This document shows, one piece after another, positions 36,349-44,240 of a stretch of 48,854 nucleotides of DNA. Positions within the stretch are counted from its first letter, which is position 1, and the number at the start of each line of letters is the position of its first letter. Source of the stretch: a virus. Its lineage: Duplodnaviria; Caudoviricetes. The notes beneath the pieces are model-generated. The model saw nothing but the letters and a program-made list of their open reading frames with translations. It was not told the origin of the DNA and searched no databases. The stretch spans positions 1 through 48,854 of the IMG/VR virus record IMGVR_UViG_3300049828_000271. One strand, written 5' to 3'. A program made the translations under genes and the position numbers.

Positions 36349-36941
36349 CAAGTTCTCAACTGATAGAAAATGTGGTTTCCAATCTGGGCTACTCGTTCCA
36401 TCTGCCGTGACCATCTAGGTCTAATGTAATTAGCGTGATAGAACAATGTGTCTGTACCTATAATAGCAGATTTCGTGCCATAAAGCAAGACCTCTTCTGC
36501 GACTGCGTAAGCTTGTTCATAAGCTGACTTAGACTTAGGAACGTCTGGTCTTCCGTCTAATGTCCATGAGAACTGAGCTACCTTGCGTCCAGTGCGCCGA
36601 TCCTTATTCTGTTGCCAGACTACGCCACATACCGTCTTAGGGTATTGTGGATGTTCGACACGATTGATCGTGACCTGTGCGACTGCAAGCTGCCCCTCAT
36701 ACGGTTCACTCTTTGCTTCGAAGTAAATGTTGTCTGCGAGACACTTTACTTCTTTTGCGGGAACGTCTGCCGGAATGCGAACAGAGGGTGCCATTACAGC
36801 ATCGTAAATGTTACCCAGTTCAACAATAAAATTGCTGATGGAACTTACGATGGGAATGGGTTGGTTAGTTTCTGCCATGACTGGCTTTGTCAATAGAATC
36901 ATTACAAGTATCATTAGTCGGCGCATGTTATTTTCCTCCAT
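36348..36941 (-). CDS. Cell wall hydrolase (SleB/Hydrolase_2 family) with a signal peptide
   Basis: CLADNIYFEAKSEP..GQ.AVAQV..NRV....YP.TVCGVV.Q, QFSW and FYHA.Y..P.W...IGNHIFY. Confidence 0.9.
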   Translation of the reverse strand: MEENNMRRLMILVMILLTKPVMAETNQPIPIVSSISNFIVELGNIYDAVMAPSVRIPADVPAKEVKCLADNIYFEAKSEPYEGQLAVAQVTINRVEHPQYPKTVCGVVWQQNKDRRTGRKVAQFSWTLDGRPDVPKSKSAYEQAYAVAEEVLLYGTKSAIIGTDTLFYHANYIRPRWSRQMERVAQIGNHIFYQLRT

Positions 36942-36955
36942 GGTTGCGACTTCTT

Positions 36956-36984
36956 AAAAGGACAAGGGGAGTCGCCTCCCCTTG
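36956..36984 (-). terminator. Intrinsic terminator after the tmRNA
   Basis: CAAGGGGAG-GCGA-CTCCCCTTG followed by TCCTTTT. Confidence 0.75.
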
Positions 36985-37295
36985 CCGTTGATCCTTTCTG
37001 TTGCCAAGAGGATCATGCTCCGTCTAGATCAGGCAGCTAGTGCCATTTCCTGCGAGTAAGTGCTTTCGTTTGCATTTACAGTTTTTGCGCTGATTAAGTC
37101 AGTCGCCTCTCTAGTGGTCCGTTCCGCTATCTTACCCTGTCGAAACCTTGACTGCCCCATCAGAATCACAATCCAAATCTTTAAGCCTTTCACTTGTTAA
37201 CTGAGGACGCCTTCAAACGGTCGCCTACTGGATTGTGATTTTGGTGGAGCAGGCGGGAGTCGAACCCGCGTCCAAGACACCTTCACTTCACATCA
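36985..37295 (-). ncRNA. ssrA: Circularly permuted two-piece tmRNA: acceptor piece about 37295-37242, intervening segment 37241-37159, coding piece 37158 to about 36985; tag ANESTYSQEMALAA
   Basis: GGACGCGGGTTCGACTCCCGCCTGCTCCACCA precedes GGGGCAG...TTCGAC. The 7-bp acceptor stem has G3.U. The resume context is GTAAAT-GCA AAC and the tag (37073-37029) ends LAA-stop. Outer ends are approximate. Confidence 0.92.
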
Positions 37296-37311
37296 TACCA
37301 CTATAATCGAA

Positions 37312-37431
37312 TTACTTGTTCTTCCTTTCTGCCCACCATGTCTTGACCGTAGCGACCAAAACAGTGAACCAAACTGGTTGAGGTAGTAGCCATCCAACGG
37401 CTAGTCCGACGAGTGCTGTTAAAATTGTCAT
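37312..37431 (-). CDS. 39-aa membrane peptide
   Basis: MTILTALVGLAVGWLLPQPVWFTVLVATVKTWWAERKNK; starts directly after the PagL-like stop. Confidence 0.55.
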   Translation of the reverse strand: MTILTALVGLAVGWLLPQPVWFTVLVATVKTWWAERKNK

Positions 37432-37917
37432 TTAGAATCTCCATCCGATTGTGAGTAAATCCCTGCCGTAGTTTGGCATACACGATCCACCCGTTGAGAA
37501 GTGATGTTCCTGAATGTGAATACGCTCAGTGAACCGATATCGCGCCAATATAGAGAACGTTGTTTGGCAGTTGTAATCAGAAGGTACATTGAAATAGGCA
37601 AAACCAATACCCAATTCCGCTTTCATCCATCCATCAACCAACATAGCATGTACTACAAATTGATTCGACTGGTCTTCACCCTTGAACGTGGAATCACCAA
37701 TAAGGTTGAATCCTAGTTCATAGTCGGTCTTAACCGGTCCTTGTTCTTTCCACGCAATCGTCAATCCCACCGTGGGCGTGTATCCCCGAACGATAGTCGA
37801 ACCACCGTTGAAGTAGATTTCTTCTGAACGAGCTTCCTTGCTTAGAAGGAACAGATACGTCAGAATAATAAGAACGATGAATACAACGGCACTGAGTGGA
37901 TTTCTAAGGAGCTTCAT
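37432..37917 (-). CDS. pagL: PagL-like lipid A 3-O-deacylase (outer-membrane beta-barrel)
   Basis: Signal-like N-terminus, amphipathic strands, ELGIGFAYF, HFSTGG...PNYG.D and terminal GWRF; compare the PagL H-x-S-N-A-G...P-N-x-G motif. Confidence 0.7.
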   Translation of the reverse strand: MKLLRNPLSAVVFIVLIILTYLFLLSKEARSEEIYFNGGSTIVRGYTPTVGLTIAWKEQGPVKTDYELGFNLIGDSTFKGEDQSNQFVVHAMLVDGWMKAELGIGFAYFNVPSDYNCQTTFSILARYRFTERIHIQEHHFSTGGSCMPNYGRDLLTIGWRF

Positions 37918-37920
37918 GAT

Positions 37921-38073
37921 TCAAACCTTATCCACGTTAGGACCGTTAGAACCGCCGCCACCACCGCTGCCGGAACCAGTGTCGTCAGTTTTCTTAGCCT
38001 TGATTTTCTTCCATAGGAAGTAGCCGAAACCACCTACTAGAGCTAGACTTAACAATACAACTAATGCGTCCAT
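37921..38073 (-). CDS. 50-aa membrane-anchored peptide with a Gly/Ser tail
   Basis: MDALVVLLSLALVGGFGYFLWKKIKAKKTDDTGSGSGGGGGSNGPNVDKV; GAGG ribosome-binding site. Confidence 0.65.
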   Translation of the reverse strand: MDALVVLLSLALVGGFGYFLWKKIKAKKTDDTGSGSGGGGGSNGPNVDKV

Positions 38074-38145
38074 TTGATTAACCTCTGGGTTTTGAGAGTA
38101 GAAGAACTAGAAGAATAACACCACATACAAACGTCAATGCGTAGA

Positions 38146-38832
38146 TCATGCTGCTTTCTTCTCTTCGTATTTATCTCTCCAAGAGATTAAAGACTTGAAA
38201 TGGGGTGAGAAGTCGGCTCGCGGCAGCTTGAATACCTGTGCGCTAGTCTCACCATCTACACCAATCAGAATCACGCCTTGCTTGATTTCAATACCCGTCA
38301 TTTCCTGAAACATGAACGCATATGCGGTCAACTGCATGAAATAGCCGTCAAGATACTTCAACTTCTTAAGACGTAATGCTGTCTTGAAGTCCACGATGGA
38401 CATTTGATTGTCATATTTTCCTACAAAATCGGTCGTACCGGCTAATCGTAGCTTGTGGGAAAACAAAGGTTGTTCAATGCCATGAACTTCTGTGATATGT
38501 TCCTCAATGTCCCGCTTCATATTCACGAAGACTGCCTTGGCATGAGGCATCATACTTTTAGTGAAATCGGATGTAGGGTAATTCAGTAACAGAGCTTCAA
38601 GAGCTTCATGAACAACGTCACCACGATTGGACGCATGAGTGGCAATGGCTTTAGCTTCTGCATGACCAATTCTATTCTTCCATTTGTCGATGGATTCCTT
38701 GTTATGATCAGCAATGACAGTGGTTACAGACGGATATCGTTTACCATCCGGTGTAACGTAAATCCTTTGCCCATCTTCTGCTGTTTCTTTCAACAAACTC
38801 GGAAACACATGCTTTACATGTTTAAAATTCAC
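38146..38832 (-). CDS. PD-(D/E)XK, Cas4-like exonuclease of T4-like phages
   Basis: Y.TPDG.RYPSVTTV, RG..VH...E, LAGTTD, IVDFKT and YF.Q..AYA.MF.E.TG motifs. Confidence 0.85.
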   Translation of the reverse strand: MNFKHVKHVFPSLLKETAEDGQRIYVTPDGKRYPSVTTVIADHNKESIDKWKNRIGHAEAKAIATHASNRGDVVHEALEALLLNYPTSDFTKSMMPHAKAVFVNMKRDIEEHITEVHGIEQPLFSHKLRLAGTTDFVGKYDNQMSIVDFKTALRLKKLKYLDGYFMQLTAYAFMFQEMTGIEIKQGVILIGVDGETSAQVFKLPRADFSPHFKSLISWRDKYEEKKAA

Positions 38833-38888
38833 AGGAAATCCATACTCTTATTAGTTTTAAATCAAACCCATCACAAAGCCACACAGTC

Positions 38889-38917
38889 ATTATACATGTG
38901 TCTCCGAGGAATGTCAA
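38889..38917 (-). promoter_or_regulatory. Consensus sigma70 promoter
   Basis: TTGACA-17 bp-TATAAT. Confidence 0.8.
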
Positions 38918-38934
38918 GCCTAATTCAAACTATT

Positions 38935-39624
38935 TTAGGTGATTCCTAACTCTAATTTGGATAGAATGTAAGCCTTGACCAATCCGCTGCGCACGATATC
39001 GTCAGGACCGAATTCGATCCGTTCGAAGTATTTGGTGTCGTCCAGAATACGCAGGAATGTGTGCAGTCCTTCACGATCAGAACGCTTTTGCAAATCAGAC
39101 TGCCGATAGTCACCGCAGAAGATGACTCTGGTATTGTCACCCACGCGAGTAATGACTGTATCCAATTCCTGTAGGCTCATGTTTTCGCATTCATCCACAA
39201 TCACGATACTGTCCTTGAATGTGAGTCCACGTAGAAAGGACGTAGTTGTGAAGTGGACCATTTTCTTCATCTTGAGAATATCGTAACCATCGCCGCGACC
39301 AAACAGTTCATCACAAATCTCACGATAAGGCTCTTCGTAGACCTTAGATTTCTCGTCCACCTTTCCCGGCAGGAATCCCATGTCTCTTGACGGTACTGTT
39401 GAACGGACGATAATGATCTGATTGTATTGGGTGTCTTGTCTGAGTATTTCCTTTAGTGCGAGGTAGAGTGCGAGATAAGTCTTTCCGGTTCCTGCGACTC
39501 CGTGGAGTAACAGATGTTGGTCAGCGTTCCATGCTTCAAAGGTTGTGGTCTGTGCATAATTCAACGGCTTTACATTGCGAAGGGAAAAGTGTTCTGGACG
39601 CTTCTGCTTTTTTGCTGATGACAT
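38935..39624 (-). CDS. phoH: PhoH-family ATPase
   Basis: GVAGTGKT, GFLPG...EK, SFLRGLTF, IVDECEN, TRVG, GDYRQSDL and DIVRSGLVK; start taken at MSSAKK. Confidence 0.93.
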   Translation of the reverse strand: MSSAKKQKRPEHFSLRNVKPLNYAQTTTFEAWNADQHLLLHGVAGTGKTYLALYLALKEILRQDTQYNQIIIVRSTVPSRDMGFLPGKVDEKSKVYEEPYREICDELFGRGDGYDILKMKKMVHFTTTSFLRGLTFKDSIVIVDECENMSLQELDTVITRVGDNTRVIFCGDYRQSDLQKRSDREGLHTFLRILDDTKYFERIEFGPDDIVRSGLVKAYILSKLELGIT

Positions 39625-39651
39625 GGGATTCCCTTTTGGGTTGCGTAAATG

Positions 39652-39682
39652 AAAAAGGCAGGCACCCTTACGAGTGCCTGCC
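39652..39682 (-). terminator. Intrinsic terminator upstream of phoH
   Basis: GGCAGGCAC-8 nt-GTGCCTGCC followed by TTTTT. Confidence 0.75.
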
Positions 39683-39709
39683 CCGGCTGAATCACCTTGA
39701 ATGTCGAAA

Positions 39710-40060
39710 TTATCTTGCTTTGCGAGTCGCTGCTTGCTTCGCTTGAATCTTGGCATGTTTCTCCACGATGTTTTCTGCTTTGATCTTCTTACTTGTCTTG
39801 TTCTTAGTATAGTCTGAGGCGAGTTGAGTATGAGGATTTTGTTGTCCGATTTTGGCTAAAACTTCTGCCCAACCGGGGTCTTTCTGTGCTGCAATTTCTG
39901 TGACTGTTCTATTTCCTAAAGTATGTAATACTACACCTACTTGGTCTACAACTCTTTCTAGGTTGGGATTATTCTTCTTGAATTGGTCATATTCTGACAT
40001 ACGCATGACGTATTCTTTTGTCTTACCAGTCTTTTTGTTCTTAAACGTATAGGTTGCCAT
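39710..40060 (-). CDS. Conserved T4-like protein (FmdB-like, lacking Cys)
   Basis: M.TY.F.N..TG...E..M.MSEYD.F...NP...GW.EVL.KI; typical position next to phoH. Confidence 0.6.
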   Translation of the reverse strand: MATYTFKNKKTGKTKEYVMRMSEYDQFKKNNPNLERVVDQVGVVLHTLGNRTVTEIAAQKDPGWAEVLAKIGQQNPHTQLASDYTKNKTSKKIKAENIVEKHAKIQAKQAATRKAR

Positions 40061-40572
40061 TATTTGTTCTCAGTCCACCATTCAGGTTTTTCGCGCTTTT
40101 TCCAATTGGCGATATGGTATTTATACTTTATATAGTACGTGCGATAAGCTATTACTGTGTCTGGATTTTTTGAGTCGTCTGGCATACATTGCGGCGGGTC
40201 TTCCATGATCAACGAATCCCCGATAGGGATATTGTACGGAGCGTCTAACAGAAGGGGAAGCAGTCTTTCAGTGGCATGTGGTTTGCCGTATCGATAGCGG
40301 AACTCACCAATAAGAAAATACAGTAGATCGTGAACCCAACGATAGTGATCAAGTTCGCGTCGAACCCATACAGCAGACGGATGATTTTTGTGGGTAGTTT
40401 TATAGAGAACGTTATTTCTTTCATCGTAAAGTGTCCCGTCGAGACTGCCATCTAAAACACGATGCGCAGTTGAGAGCAACTGCGCATATTCAAGAATCAT
40501 CTTGACCGTGTGTTTGTCGTTGTGATATCGTGCAGCGGTTGCAGGATCACGATCAAGGAAAAAGATGTTCAT
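40060..40572 (-). CDS. Pyrimidine-dimer DNA glycosylase/endonuclease V-family protein
   Basis: MNIFFLD.DP..AA....DKH.VKMILEYAQLLSTAH, YK.TH.NHPSA.W.R and PPQCMPD...AYR.YY. Confidence 0.8.
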   Translation of the reverse strand: MNIFFLDRDPATAARYHNDKHTVKMILEYAQLLSTAHRVLDGSLDGTLYDERNNVLYKTTHKNHPSAVWVRRELDHYRWVHDLLYFLIGEFRYRYGKPHATERLLPLLLDAPYNIPIGDSLIMEDPPQCMPDDSKNPDTVIAYRTYYIKYKYHIANWKKREKPEWWTENK

Positions 40573-40634
40573 GGTAGAATGTTACTAACCTATTCCAAAA
40601 AGATTTCTTCTTGCCGGGTGGATCACCCGGTTTC

Positions 40635-40778
40635 TCAGTCATTCCTGAAAATCCAAATCTGAATTATGCTAAGAACGGCGAGGAACAGGAACATTCCTTT
40701 GCCTACAGGATGCGTTGACGCAAGACTGCAAGCCACCATGATGTTTGACTGTAGTGCGTGATATTGCCACGTTTTCAT
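40635..40778 (-). CDS. 47-aa hydrophobic peptide
   Basis: MKTWQYHALQSNIMVACSLASTHPVGKGMFLFLAVLSIIQIWIFRND; starts 2 nt after the upstream stop. Confidence 0.45.
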   Translation of the reverse strand: MKTWQYHALQSNIMVACSLASTHPVGKGMFLFLAVLSIIQIWIFRND

Positions 40779-40780
40779 GA

Positions 40781-41287
40781 TTAGATACCGAGCGACATAC
40801 GAATGTCGTCCAACTCAGACGAGCCGATTTCGGCAATGTCGAGGTCCGCGTCGAGAACCGGAATGGAACCGTCGTTGTTTTCAACCTTTGTGGTGTTGAC
40901 AACCTTCACGGTACGCAGGGTTGTTTCCTTGCGCGGAACCGGAGTCTTGTTCGCAATAGCCTTGTTAACGGCTCTCTTCTTGCGAGTCGGCAGAATGACA
41001 GATACGAGTGCATCGGCGTTGGTAAGCTTGTACGCAGTCACGGTGCGCCCGTTGCGCACAGAGTCAATCTCCGCACCGAACAGATTACGCAATGCGTGAA
41101 TGTAAACAGCAAGCGCACCCTGATTAAAACCAGTGACTTGCTGCAACGCAGCCGGGGATACACCCTTGTCGCCACCGGCACGGAGTGCCGAGAACAAATC
41201 GAAATAGCGGGTAGTGGCACGGCGCGGACGCTTAACCTTAACCTTGGCGACCTTGGACACAGCAGTTTTCTTAGTAGACTTAGACAT
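40781..41287 (-). CDS. Basic putative winged-HTH DNA-binding protein
   Basis: Lys-rich N-terminus, VSPAAL...LAVYIHALRNLFGAEI..VRNGR.V.AYKL and an acidic tail; has its own promoter and a GAGG site. Confidence 0.6.
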   Translation of the reverse strand: MSKSTKKTAVSKVAKVKVKRPRRATTRYFDLFSALRAGGDKGVSPAALQQVTGFNQGALAVYIHALRNLFGAEIDSVRNGRTVTAYKLTNADALVSVILPTRKKRAVNKAIANKTPVPRKETTLRTVKVVNTTKVENNDGSIPVLDADLDIAEIGSSELDDIRMSLGI

Positions 41288-41331
41288 AACGAACCTCAAA
41301 TTAGAATGATGAAATACAAATCAACGGGAAC

Positions 41332-41360
41332 AGTATAGCACTAATCTGAGTCAGTGTCAA
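41332..41360 (-). promoter_or_regulatory. Sigma70-like promoter with extended -10
   Basis: TTGACA-17 bp-TATACT, with TG-n before the -10. Confidence 0.75.
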
Positions 41361-41520
41361 GCCCATAGTCACGATAATTCTTATTGTTCTTATTCTTACG
41401 ATAAGAATCCTCGTTAGATTCTGGAACTAACCAATGCAAATTAGACTTTTCGCGCTTTTTGGCGCGGCGGGTATCCTCGGGTCTGCGACCAGAATCATCC
41501 TTACGAAATGTACGAGACAT
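41341..41520 (-). CDS. 59-aa charged protein
   Basis: MSRTFRKDDSGRRPEDTRRAKKREK...; AGGA ribosome-binding site. Confidence 0.55.
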   Translation of the reverse strand: MSRTFRKDDSGRRPEDTRRAKKREKSNLHWLVPESNEDSYRKNKNNKNYRDYGLDTDSD

Positions 41521-41521
41521 G

Positions 41522-41743
41522 TCAACTATCCTGTTTGATTAAAACGTCCACGATTTTCCAATATGCGTCACCCACGTTTTCAGCGTAGAAGATTTCGGGT
41601 GCGGACTTCCCGATGACTAGGTATTTATTACAAATGAATTGCCCGAATCGGAGCGAGGTCTTGCCGTGTCCCCAATCCTTCGCCCATGCCAGATATTCAG
41701 TCTGTAGGACATGCTCATCAAGTGTATCGTTGAATGTTCTCAT
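41522..41743 (-). CDS. Hypothetical protein
   Basis: Likely start MRTFNDTL; LRFGQFICNKY...PEIFYAE. Confidence 0.55.
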   Translation of the reverse strand: MRTFNDTLDEHVLQTEYLAWAKDWGHGKTSLRFGQFICNKYLVIGKSAPEIFYAENVGDAYWKIVDVLIKQDS

Positions 41744-41747
41744 AACA

Positions 41748-41958
41748 TTAATGCACCACACTAACATTAGCGTTGTTAGCGTAATAGTGACTGTTACCAA
41801 CATGGAAATGGAGCGTTTTGTCTACGGTATCCACTCCGATTAATTCCCTATCTTCGAATGCGATATCGCGATCCGCAATACAGACAGAGAAGTATCTTAG
41901 TCGAAGTCTCTTGCACAAGAGTATATTTCGAACCGGCGCGAAGGACGTAGGATTTCAT
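41748..41958 (-). pseudogene. Small ORF apparently broken by one extra base
   Basis: ATG 41958 to TAA 41748 is 211 nt (3n+1); the upstream frame MKSYVLRAG... and the downstream frame YFSVCIADRDIAF... together fill the gap. Confidence 0.35.
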
Positions 41959-41959
41959 A

Positions 41960-42196
41960 TTAGCACATCACGCCGGGAAGAAGAGAAATGTTTACGCAAT
42001 GCTGCGTATCACGAATACGGAACGGTTCGCTAGTCTGCGCCATTCCACCTTGTCTATCGCCCTTTAGACGCTGCACCAGAAGTGTCTTGTCGGTCATTGA
42101 CAAGACTTCTACTGTCATGAATTCAGCGTATCGCCCGGTCTGCCCATAGAACAGAACATCACCAACCTTGATTTCTTGTCCGATAAAGTCTTTCAC
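41960..42196 (-). CDS. Hypothetical protein, SH3/KOW-like
   Basis: MKDFIGQEIKVGDVLFYG start, common in small phage beta-barrel proteins. Confidence 0.6.
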   Translation of the reverse strand: MKDFIGQEIKVGDVLFYGQTGRYAEFMTVEVLSMTDKTLLVQRLKGDRQGGMAQTSEPFRIRDTQHCVNISLLPGVMC

Positions 42197-42432
42197 AGGT
42201 CGAGTACCTTTCTAATTTCTTCTGGGCATTCGTAATCCTGATGCGCAAGAAAATAGTCGCGCATCATGATGTACATATCGCGAAGGTCTTTCGACAATTC
42301 GCGAAGGTCTTTTAGTTCCTGATTCGTGTTCCTGTTAGGACAGGTAATACACAATCCACGTTTCAAGTGATCTTCACAATCAGCCCGAATGCCGGGATAG
42401 TCGTCAAGAAAACGATTGCAGTATTTTGACAT
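42193..42432 (-). CDS. Hypothetical protein
   Basis: ORF track; Cys-containing N-terminus. Confidence 0.5.
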   Translation of the reverse strand: MSKYCNRFLDDYPGIRADCEDHLKRGLCITCPNRNTNQELKDLRELSKDLRDMYIMMRDYFLAHQDYECPEEIRKVLDL

Positions 42433-42468
42433 GTTATGCTCTTTCGAAAAGATGCCAGACTGTGCTAT

Positions 42469-42660
42469 TTATTCCACCTTCGAAGCATCGAGAGCTTCGA
42501 TAATTTCACCCAACACTTTAGTCATGGTGACTTCACAAGAGTAAATGACTTTATCATGATATGGCACTTCACCATTACGTTTAAGTGACTGCGCAGCATA
42601 TAAATGCTTGTTATAATCCACAACAAGAGCGTTACGAAAAGCTACAAGATCATATTTCAT
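42469..42660 (-). CDS. Hypothetical protein
   Basis: ORF track; starts 1 nt after the upstream stop. Confidence 0.55.
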   Translation of the reverse strand: MKYDLVAFRNALVVDYNKHLYAAQSLKRNGEVPYHDKVIYSCEVTMTKVLGEIIEALDASKVE

Positions 42661-42661
42661 A

Positions 42662-42934
42662 TTACTTACTCATGGGAAAAACGGTTTCGGAAAGGTCGAT
42701 GTACTTCCGGCGCATGTCGGAAGCCTTGCGCAGTTGAACCTTGAGCCATTGCGCAGTGTGCGCACGCTTGCGGAACCAATTCGCATTGAGTTCCTTCCAC
42801 TCTTCCGAGCCGTGAAGCTTCGCGAGTTCCTTACCGGCAAGCTGCGCATTCTGGTCCGCAGCGTCACCGAGAATCTGACGGACCAACGCAACCTGAGTGC
42901 GTGTAAGTGTGATTTGAACAGTGTCGTTTTTCAT
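42662..42934 (-). CDS. Hypothetical protein
   Basis: Likely start MKNDTVQ, 1 nt after the upstream stop. Confidence 0.6.
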   Translation of the reverse strand: MKNDTVQITLTRTQVALVRQILGDAADQNAQLAGKELAKLHGSEEWKELNANWFRKRAHTAQWLKVQLRKASDMRRKYIDLSETVFPMSK

Positions 42935-42935
42935 A

Positions 42936-43271
42936 TTACGATTCCAGATACTTGACGATGAACTTTGCAGCGGCTTCGTGCTGATTGTAGCGGAAGAATC
43001 GCGCAGACTCATAAGACTTTTCAGACGGGATATTGGTATTCCGTTCGAAGTCGTTACGAGTGCCGAAGTACACAACGATATCGTCGCTGCGACGGAATTC
43101 CGAGAATGCGACCTTGGCGTGATCGTGCGAGGCGAGGGCAAAACCCTGCTCGCGACAATTCACGTAATCTTCAACGAGAATGTAAGAGTCATCCTTGCTG
43201 TTCTTAGCAAGACGCTTCACGATTGCGAGAACCTTACGCGCTGCCGCGTCATTGCGATTGATGATTTTCAC
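42936..43271 (-). CDS. Hypothetical protein
   Basis: GTGA overlap; YVNCREQGF...VAFSEFRRSDDIVVYFG. Confidence 0.65.
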   Translation of the reverse strand: MKIINRNDAAARKVLAIVKRLAKNSKDDSYILVEDYVNCREQGFALASHDHAKVAFSEFRRSDDIVVYFGTRNDFERNTNIPSEKSYESARFFRYNQHEAAAKFIVKYLES

Positions 43272-43690
43272 AGTGTAACCTCATAAGGCTTGTTCCACGT
43301 ACCGATGTTGACCGACACGTACCAACCTACGTCGAAATAGTCGGTCTGAATGTCGCTGCGGTCATGATTGCCGATGTTCATCAGGCGAACGAGTTCCACG
43401 ATAAAATCGCGGCACGCGCCAGTGAAATGCTCATGGCACCAGTACGGATTGACCTGAATCGCTTTGTAGTCCGCAAGAGTCTGCGGGGTCGAGTGCGGAT
43501 ACTTTCGCGAATACTGCTCATGGCAGGCTTCGAACGAATTCACGCAAAGGTCGAGCTTGCCGCTCTTGATGTTGACGACAAGCGTAGAATGATGATGAAC
43601 GCCAATCGAAGCCTTCACGCCATACTTGGCGCAATGAGCCTTGATAGCCGGGGAGAGTTGCGCTTTGCGCTCTTGATTCATGTGTGCCAT
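43268..43690 (-). CDS. Conserved phage early-type protein (LPD29-like C-terminus)
   Basis: KYGVKASIGV.HHSTLV.NIK.G...NHDRSDIQTDYFDVGWY..VNIG.W.KPY. Confidence 0.65.
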   Translation of the reverse strand: MAHMNQERKAQLSPAIKAHCAKYGVKASIGVHHHSTLVVNIKSGKLDLCVNSFEACHEQYSRKYPHSTPQTLADYKAIQVNPYWCHEHFTGACRDFIVELVRLMNIGNHDRSDIQTDYFDVGWYVSVNIGTWNKPYEVTL

Positions 43691-43704
43691 AATTTAGTAA
43701 GTGT

Positions 43705-44050
43705 GAAAATTCGACGGGAGCGGCGTTAGTATATTGCGCCTAGTTGTGCCGCTCCCGTCGTCGTTTCTATCCTCTTCCCATGTGCGCCGTTGCGGTCCTA
43801 TCCTTAGATGGTATTGACCGCACGGCGCGATTCAGTTTTCCATCCGTAGCAATCTCACTCGGTTAGCGCAGTCATGCTGTTAGTGCGCACCCCACCGGTT
43901 AATGTGTCGGCTCACTTGGCTTCGTTCCTAGCGGGGTCATTTTGCTAGGACCGGTCATGGTGCTGTGCGCGGCTATCTAGGTGTCACCACAACTTACCCC
44001 TAGACGCAACCGTTACCGTGTCAACTACAAGTCCGTTTCCTCACTCTGTA
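43705..44050 (-). ncRNA. Unidentified structured RNA or long leader of about 340 nt
   Basis: ORF-free and GC-rich, with stems at 43712-43760, 43784-43828, 43926-43950 and 43970-44012; directly downstream of a promoter. Confidence 0.6.
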
Positions 44051-44055
44051 ATACC

Positions 44056-44151
44056 AGTATATCGAAACAGCACCGAGAACACAATATTAAAAAGCCTTTT
44101 AATATCAGTAACTTAGATTAGTCTTATAATCCTAACGAAATCAAGCACTTA
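44056..44151 (-). promoter_or_regulatory. Promoter with an upstream AT palindrome and two IHF-like boxes
   Basis: TTGTGT-17 bp-TATACT (44084-44056); inverted repeat 44084-44105; AATCAAgcacTTA (44139-44151) matches WATCAANNNNTTR; TATCAGtaacTTA (44103-44115) has one mismatch. Confidence 0.6.
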
Positions 44152-44194
44152 CGAATGCCTTCAGGACGCTCTAGGACCGTTTATAGGCAATTCT

Positions 44195-44228
44195 AGGGGT
44201 ACCCTAGGCTACCCTACCGGGTACCCCT
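44195..44228. repeat. Nested inverted repeat downstream of nadV
   Basis: AGGGGTACCC-14 nt-GGGTACCCCT, each arm containing GGGTACCC. Confidence 0.7.
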
Positions 44229-44240
44229 GAATCGTCGCTC

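Noticed and set aside
37242-37275. tRNA gene suggested by GGTTCGACTCC...CCA
   Set aside because: There is no anticodon arm, and the complementary acceptor strand lies downstream with a tag ORF; this is the permuted tmRNA.
38146-38832. CRISPR-Cas component
   Set aside because: Solo Cas4-like exonucleases are routine in T4-like phages; no array or other cas genes here.
39625-39756. N-terminal extensions in the ORF track (PhoH; likewise gp59, gp33 and 42662-43141)
   Set aside because: They overlap upstream genes or a terminator; downstream ATGs match family starts or translational coupling.
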